A DNA stretch of 64,000 bases. Source: Candidatus Latescibacterota bacterium (GTDB taxonomy: Bacteria; Latescibacterota; UBA2968; UBA8231). Within the stretch, counting starts at the first letter, position 1; every line of letters starts with the position of its first letter. The notes below the pieces were generated by a model. It was not told the DNA's origin and did no database searches. It worked only from the letters and a program-made list of their open reading frames with translations. Position numbers and translations under genes: made by a program. The DNA lies in contig OZ241867.1 in NCBI GenBank assembly GCA_965203175.1, positions 160,001-224,000 on the forward strand, in the 5' to 3' direction. This document shows positions 58,827 to 64,000 of this stretch, one piece after another.

Positions 58827-59093
58827 ATGAAACGCTGGAATTTTGTGGGCTATGTAGTTATGTCCCTGCTGTGGACTAGCTGTGCTACACTCTCTCAGCT
58901 CGAAGCAAAGCGCATCGATATTAATACGGCCTCGCGCGCACAGCTAGAAACGCTGCCCGGAATTGGGCCAGCAACGGCTCAGAGAATAATCGAGGGGCGC
59001 CCCTATTACAACTCAAAAGGCTTGCTCAACATAAAGGGCATCGATGCGCAGCGCCTAAAGGAAATCGAACCCTATATAACTGTCGTCAAGTAG
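58827..59093 (+). CDS. ComEA-like helix-hairpin-helix lipoprotein
   Basis: IDINTASRAQLETLPGIGPATAQRII..RP...IKGI; leader ending TSC; SD GGAGG. Confidence 0.88.
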   Translation: MKRWNFVGYVVMSLLWTSCATLSQLEAKRIDINTASRAQLETLPGIGPATAQRIIEGRPYYNSKGLLNIKGIDAQRLKEIEPYITVVK

Positions 59094-59155
59094 CCCAAGC
59101 TCGACTTTTGGCAACCCGACCGCCGCTGGGACAAGTGATTACTAAGAAAGGATGA

Positions 59156-60070
59156 ATGATGGCGCGATTTGACGACATGAAGGGGGTCTTCGGCCTGCTG
59201 CCGACGCCGTACAGAGAAGACCTCGAGATTCACATCGACGACCTGAAGAAGGTGGCCAACTTCTGCTGCGAGAGTGGCCAGCACGGCATCGTCTGGCCGG
59301 TGATGGTCGGGGAGTTCTGGTTTTTGGGCGAAGAGGAGCGTATCCGGGGGCTGGATGCGGTACTGGAGGAAGTCAACGGCCGCCTGCCCGTGGTCTTCGG
59401 CTGTTCCGGGATTTCGGTGCCGCAAGTGCTGCTCTATGCGCGGGCAGCGCAAAAAGCCGGGGCGGATTCAATTATCGCCATGACGCCGGCGCGCACCGAC
59501 GCTGCCACGGCGATGGACATGTACCGACGCTTGGCTGAGGTGTTCGACGGGCCGATCATGGTGCAGAACGCCGACATGTACGCACCGTTGCGCGGCGAGC
59601 AAGTGGCGCAACTGGTCAATGAAATCCCGCAGGTCGAATACGTCAAGGAGGAGCGGCAGCCCGGCCCTAAGCACATCGCCGAGGTAGGCGAGATGGTGGG
59701 CGACCGAGTCAAGTGCATCTTCGGCGGGGCGGCAGGCAAGTTTTTGCCCGATGAGATGCGCCGCGGTGCCAATGGCAATATGCCAGCCTGCGAGCTAGCC
59801 GATGTGCTGGCCAAGATCACCGAACTGTGGTGGGCCGGGCAGGAGGAGGAGGCGCGCGCAATGCACCGTCGCCTATTGCCGCTGATCATTCTCGAAAACC
59901 ACCCCTTTATGCGCTATATCCTCAAGCGCCGTGGAGTGTTCAGCACACTGGTCGAACGGGCACCGGCGGGCAAGCTGGCGCTGGATGAGGGCGACAAGCG
60001 GGAGATCGCAACCCTGCTGGAGACCGTGGCGGGGGATATCGAGTCATTTCCGATACTACCGGAGCACTAA
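59156..60070 (+). CDS. Dihydrodipicolinate synthase (DapA)-like class I aldolase family protein
   Basis: GVFGLLPTPY, GEF..L..EER, GRLPVVFG, GAD, YVKEE (Schiff-base Lys). Confidence 0.85.
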   Translation: MMARFDDMKGVFGLLPTPYREDLEIHIDDLKKVANFCCESGQHGIVWPVMVGEFWFLGEEERIRGLDAVLEEVNGRLPVVFGCSGISVPQVLLYARAAQKAGADSIIAMTPARTDAATAMDMYRRLAEVFDGPIMVQNADMYAPLRGEQVAQLVNEIPQVEYVKEERQPGPKHIAEVGEMVGDRVKCIFGGAAGKFLPDEMRRGANGNMPACELADVLAKITELWWAGQEEEARAMHRRLLPLIILENHPFMRYILKRRGVFSTLVERAPAGKLALDEGDKREIATLLETVAGDIESFPILPEH

Positions 60071-60086
60071 GTCACAGTGATGCATC

Positions 60087-61445
60087 ATGGACCGCTCTAC
60101 TCTGTTCTATAGCCTTTGTGCACTCGGCATTGTGGGCCTGCTCAGCGTGCCCACAGCGCGCTCCCTGCTACTGGGTCTCGACACGTCCGCACAAAAGGAA
60201 AGTGGACGCTCGGAGATCGTCCTGGCCGGCTGGGGCAATACGCAGGAAGTGGCCATGCTCAATCAACTCATGGCCGATTTTGAAGCTGGCAATCCAGATA
60301 TAAAGGTCAAGTTCATCCACATTCAGCAGAACTTCAATACCGTGCTGCTGACCATGATGGCCGGGGGGCGCTCGCCCGACATCTTTTACGTGGCACCGGT
60401 CACTTTGGGCAACATGTTGTCCAAAGGGGTCCTCCTCGACTTGGAGCCTTATCTGGAAAAGAGCCAAATAGTTGGCGTTGAGGACTTTTTTCCGCAAACG
60501 GTCGAGCCGTACCGCTGGGACGGCAAGCGCTTTGGCCAAGGGCCGATCTACGGGCTGTGCAAGGACTGGTCGCCTGACTTTCTGATTTTCTACAACAAGA
60601 ACCTATTTGACGAGGCGGGTATTCCCCATCCAGACGGCAGTTGGACGCGCGCAGAGTTCGTGGACATTGCCCGGCGCTTGACCAAGCGCGACGAGCAGGG
60701 GCGCATCATGCAGTTTGGCGTCTACAATAACGCCAATCCAGAGCAGTGGATCTGGCAGTCGGGCGGGCGAATTTTCTCCGCAGACCGGAGGCGCGTATTA
60801 CTCGAAAGCCCAGAAGTGATCGAGGCGCTGCAATTTGCCGCCGATCTGTCCACGCGCTGGCACGTGGCACCGGGCTACGCCGAGCAAGCGCAGAGTCCGG
60901 TAAACGTGATGTTCGAGACGGGACGCGTGGCCATGTGTTTTTACGGCCAGTGGTTCGTGCCCCAGTTCCGCAAAAACATCAAGAGCTTTGCGTGGGGAGT
61001 TACGACGCCTCCGCGCCACAAAGTAGATATTTATTTGTCCGGTGGCATGGTCGGTTATGGCATATACGCCCATACCAAACACCCGCAAGAGGCGTGGCGC
61101 TTTATGGAATATCTGGTTGGCCCCCAGGGCCAAGAGGCCATTGCCAAGATCGGCTGGAACATTCCCGGCCGCAGAGAAACCGCGTACAGCCCTATTTTCG
61201 TAGAAAATCCCAATCTGGATGCGGAGATTACCCAGACTTTTCTCAAGGCCGCGGAGCGCACCGAATTATTTCATCGCAGCCCCTATATCAATCCCACTGA
61301 ATACAATCTGCTGTTTCTCCCAGAGTGGGAACTGGTCATGCTGGGTGAAAAAAGCGTGCCTGCGGCGCTAGCAGATGCCGCCAGAAAAATCAACCAAGCC
61401 ATTCGCGACAATATGGCTCTGCAGAAGATCGAGGTGGACGGATGA
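60087..61445 (+). CDS. Sugar ABC transporter substrate-binding protein
   Basis: FEAGNPDIKV, AGGRSPDIF, FYNKNLFDEAGI..P...WT, FETGRVAM. Confidence 0.92.
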   Translation: MDRSTLFYSLCALGIVGLLSVPTARSLLLGLDTSAQKESGRSEIVLAGWGNTQEVAMLNQLMADFEAGNPDIKVKFIHIQQNFNTVLLTMMAGGRSPDIFYVAPVTLGNMLSKGVLLDLEPYLEKSQIVGVEDFFPQTVEPYRWDGKRFGQGPIYGLCKDWSPDFLIFYNKNLFDEAGIPHPDGSWTRAEFVDIARRLTKRDEQGRIMQFGVYNNANPEQWIWQSGGRIFSADRRRVLLESPEVIEALQFAADLSTRWHVAPGYAEQAQSPVNVMFETGRVAMCFYGQWFVPQFRKNIKSFAWGVTTPPRHKVDIYLSGGMVGYGIYAHTKHPQEAWRFMEYLVGPQGQEAIAKIGWNIPGRRETAYSPIFVENPNLDAEITQTFLKAAERTELFHRSPYINPTEYNLLFLPEWELVMLGEKSVPAALADAARKINQAIRDNMALQKIEVDG

Positions 61446-62341
61446 AACTAAACCTGCGAGAGCACCTAGAAGGATATCTCTTCATATCGCCGTGGATCTT
61501 GGGCATGGTGCTCTTTGCCCTCGGGCCGATACTGGCCAGCTTTGGTCTGGCCTTCACGCGCTGGAATCTCTTTACGGAGCCGGAGTACGTGGGATGGGCC
61601 AATTTTCAGAAGTTGGCGCACGACCCGCTCTTTTATAAATCGGTGTTTAATACGATCTACTACACGGTTTTTGCCGTGCCGTTGGGGCTCGTGCTGGCGC
61701 TAGGACTGGCCATGCTGGTCAACCACCGTCTGCGCGGAGTCAATTTTTTTCGCACGGCTTTTTTTCTGCCCAATGTCGTGGCAGGCATCGCGATGCTGCT
61801 GCTGTGGAAGTGGCTCTTCGATCCCAATTTTGGCTTGATCAACCTGTTCCTCGACTGGACCGGACTGATGGCGGTGTTCGAGTGGATCGGCATTGGCCGG
61901 CCCCAGTGGATCTCATCGCGGGCGGGTGCCATGCCGGGCCTAGTCTTTATGAGCATCTGGGGCTTGGGTGGATCGATGATGATTTTTCTCGCTGGCCTGC
62001 AGAATATTCCCCGCGAGTTGATCGAAGCTGCGGAACTGGACGGTGCCGGACCGTGGAAGCGCTTTAGATACGTCACCGTGCCGCTGCTGACCCCGACGAT
62101 TTTTTTCTTGACGATGGTCGGCGTGATTGCCTCGCTGCAAGTCTTCAACCAAGCCTATGTCATGACCCAAGGTGGGCCGGCGCACGCGACGTTATTCTAC
62201 GTCCTGTATCTCTTTCAAACGGCCTTCGAGCGCTTCCAGATGGGCTATGCCTGCGCCATGGCCTTGGTCCTCTTTATCATCACGCTGATCGTCTCGCTCA
62301 TCCAGTTAGCGATGGGCAAAAAATGGGTACACTACCAATGA
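61442..62341 (+). CDS. Sugar ABC transporter permease
   Basis: FRTAFFLP, LAGLQNIP..LIEAAELDGA (EAA motif), MTQGGP. Confidence 0.95.
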   Translation: MKLNLREHLEGYLFISPWILGMVLFALGPILASFGLAFTRWNLFTEPEYVGWANFQKLAHDPLFYKSVFNTIYYTVFAVPLGLVLALGLAMLVNHRLRGVNFFRTAFFLPNVVAGIAMLLLWKWLFDPNFGLINLFLDWTGLMAVFEWIGIGRPQWISSRAGAMPGLVFMSIWGLGGSMMIFLAGLQNIPRELIEAAELDGAGPWKRFRYVTVPLLTPTIFFLTMVGVIASLQVFNQAYVMTQGGPAHATLFYVLYLFQTAFERFQMGYACAMALVLFIITLIVSLIQLAMGKKWVHYQ

Positions 62342-63180
62342 GCAGTGCTTCTGGAGACACCCTGTCGCTGCGACGCCAGCTCATCCTCTACGCCGCACTG
62401 TCCTTTTTGGCGTTTTGGTTTCTAGTGCCTTTTGCCTGGATGCTCATCACCTCGGTCAAGACGCCGGACGAGGTCTTTTCCCGTCTCCTGCCTTCGGTGC
62501 TGCGGCTGGCCAATTTCGTGGAGATCTTCAATCAGCCGACGTTGCCTTTCGGGCGCTATTTTCTCAACAGCACGATCATCACGGTTTTTGGCACGGGGGC
62601 GAGTCTTTTTACTTCCGCCGTCGTGGCCTATGCCTTTGCCCGGCTGAATTTTTTCGGTCGCGACGTGCTGTTCGTCGCCGTGCTGTCGACCATGATGCTA
62701 CCCGCGGCGGTGACCATGATCCCAACGTTTGTGCTCTTCCAGAAGCTGGGCTGGGTCGATACATTTCTCCCCTTTTTGGTGCCAGCCTGTACGGGCAACG
62801 CCTTCCAGATATTCTTTTTGCGCCAGTTTTTTAAGACCCTGCCGGTAGATTTGATCGACGCCGCGCGCATAGACGGGTGCTCGAATTTGCGCATCTGCCT
62901 GTCGATTGCCATGCCACTGGCCAAGCCGACGCTGGCGACGCTGGCTATTCTCAGCTTTCTCAGTCTTTGGAACGATTTTATGGGGCCGCTCATCTACCTG
63001 CACAGCAACGAGAAGCGCACGCTGGCGCTGGGCCTGAATGCTTTTGCCGGCATGTACGGCACGCAGTGGCATCTGCTCATGGCCGCTTCCGTAGTCGCGA
63101 CCGTGCCCATTCTGGTGGTCTTTTTTATGGGACAGCGCTACTTCGAGCGCGGGCTAGTGATGACGGGGATGAAGGCGTAA
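62338..63180 (+). CDS. Sugar ABC transporter permease
   Basis: AYAFARL.F.GR, LRQFF..LP..LIDAARIDG, WNDF..PL. Confidence 0.95.
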   Translation: MSSASGDTLSLRRQLILYAALSFLAFWFLVPFAWMLITSVKTPDEVFSRLLPSVLRLANFVEIFNQPTLPFGRYFLNSTIITVFGTGASLFTSAVVAYAFARLNFFGRDVLFVAVLSTMMLPAAVTMIPTFVLFQKLGWVDTFLPFLVPACTGNAFQIFFLRQFFKTLPVDLIDAARIDGCSNLRICLSIAMPLAKPTLATLAILSFLSLWNDFMGPLIYLHSNEKRTLALGLNAFAGMYGTQWHLLMAASVVATVPILVVFFMGQRYFERGLVMTGMKA

Positions 63181-63248
63181 CGCGTCTGAAGGCTACTGTC
63201 GTGTAATTGGCAATTAGACAATGCGGCAGGATAAAAATAGAACGCAAA

Positions 63249-63794
63249 TTATCCGCCATTGCCTCCTCCCCCCAGCAGCGCCTGATACGCCACCAGCGCC
63301 CCCGCCACGTGAACATTCATCGACGGCCCCTTGCCGTACATGGGGATATAGACCGCCCCGTCGCACAGCGCCAAGGTCTGGCGATAGACGCCTTTTGTCT
63401 CGTTGCCGAGCACCAAACACACTTTGTCCGGGAAATCGTATTCCAAATAACACACGGCCCCCTGCACCATTTCCAACGCCACCAAGTGATACCCCTCGTC
63501 CCGCAGTGCATTCGCCGCTTCGTCCATGCGCCCGATCCGCCGCCAAGTAACTCGCCGCTCATGGCCCCGCGCTGTGCGCTCAATATCCTCGTGCGGCGGC
63601 GCGGGCGTCACACCCGTAAAAACCAATTCCCGCGCCCCGCACGCATCGGCGATGCGAAACATCGAGCCGACGTTGAGCGGATCTTCGACGCTCTGCAACA
63701 GAAAGGCTAGCTCCACCTTGGGCGGATAGCTCCTTGCCGCGTCCGCAAAGAGCCGCTTCACTTCAACCTTGCGCAAGGGGCGCATCGGCTTCAA
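63249..63794 (-). CDS. TrmH/SpoU-family RNA methyltransferase
   Basis: DPLNVGSMFR, LVLGNE..GV, IPMYG...SMNVHVA. Confidence 0.92.
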   Translation of the reverse strand: MKPMRPLRKVEVKRLFADAARSYPPKVELAFLLQSVEDPLNVGSMFRIADACGARELVFTGVTPAPPHEDIERTARGHERRVTWRRIGRMDEAANALRDEGYHLVALEMVQGAVCYLEYDFPDKVCLVLGNETKGVYRQTLALCDGAVYIPMYGKGPSMNVHVAGALVAYQALLGGGGNGG

Positions 63795-63804
63795 CAGGGC
63801 CGGA

Positions 63805-64000
63805 TCAAAAGCGAATGGCCTTGTACTTCTTCACGTGCTCGGTAATGGCCACCTCCACCGGCAACCGCTCCATGCTCGACGCGCCGTAGAAGCCATCGAC
63901 GCCCGTCGTGTTTTGCAACACGTACTCGGCGTCCTCTGGCTCTGAAATCGGCCCCCCGTGGCACAGCACAATCACCTCTTCGGACACCCCCCGCGCCGCG
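63805..64000 (-). CDS. 3' end of a TIM-barrel signal-transduction / phosphoenolpyruvate hydrolase family protein (truncated by window edge)
   Basis: LCHGGPISEPEDA...GFYGASSMERLP.E.AI. Confidence 0.85.
   Translation of the reverse strand, partial: AARGVSEEVIVLCHGGPISEPEDAEYVLQNTTGVDGFYGASSMERLPVEVAITEHVKKYKAIRF

Noticed and set aside
58827-59093. Natural competence locus
   Set aside because: Only an isolated HhH protein; no comEC, comF or pilin genes in the window

Overview
A 64-kb, roughly 60% GC bacterial chromosomal window, densely coding, with no rRNA, intact tRNA, CRISPR array, prophage or IS element that I can support. The gene content (PorX/PorY-like pair, Omp85 variants, FlgD/type-B-CTD proteins, a C-terminal 'AVESKSWAKIK' tail, BMC shell protein, PhyH, Rpn nuclease) suggests an FCB-related lineage such as Latescibacterota; this is an inference. 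1-42.5 kb is mostly housekeeping and metabolism: rpsR, rpsU, csp, ctaA, frdABCD, dgoD, an IlvD/Edd dehydratase, an outer-membrane cluster, porX-tsaE, zwf-glk, glyA and xylulokinase. 42.8-63.2 kb is a co-oriented block that looks compositionally distinct. It encodes an uncharacterised cell-envelope cassette (PPIase chaperone, secreted CBM9-like protein, lipoprotein, three paralogous discoidin-like proteins with TPNGDG/FlgD C-terminal domains, an 884-aa predicted outer-membrane protein, CRTAC1, TPR, ComEA-like), followed by an aldolase and a sugar ABC transporter. This cassette is the best candidate for an undescribed system. Signals absent from the ORF track include an S18 gene with a probable ATC start, an intragenic antitoxin-type start and a sigma-54 promoter at the Rpn gene, an orphan CTAG-type m4C methyltransferase in a sequence that does not avoid CTAG, a perfect upstream SD plus hairpin bracketing one cassette gene, and a deleted CRTAC1 remnant. 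All assignments come from reading motifs by eye; no database searches were run.
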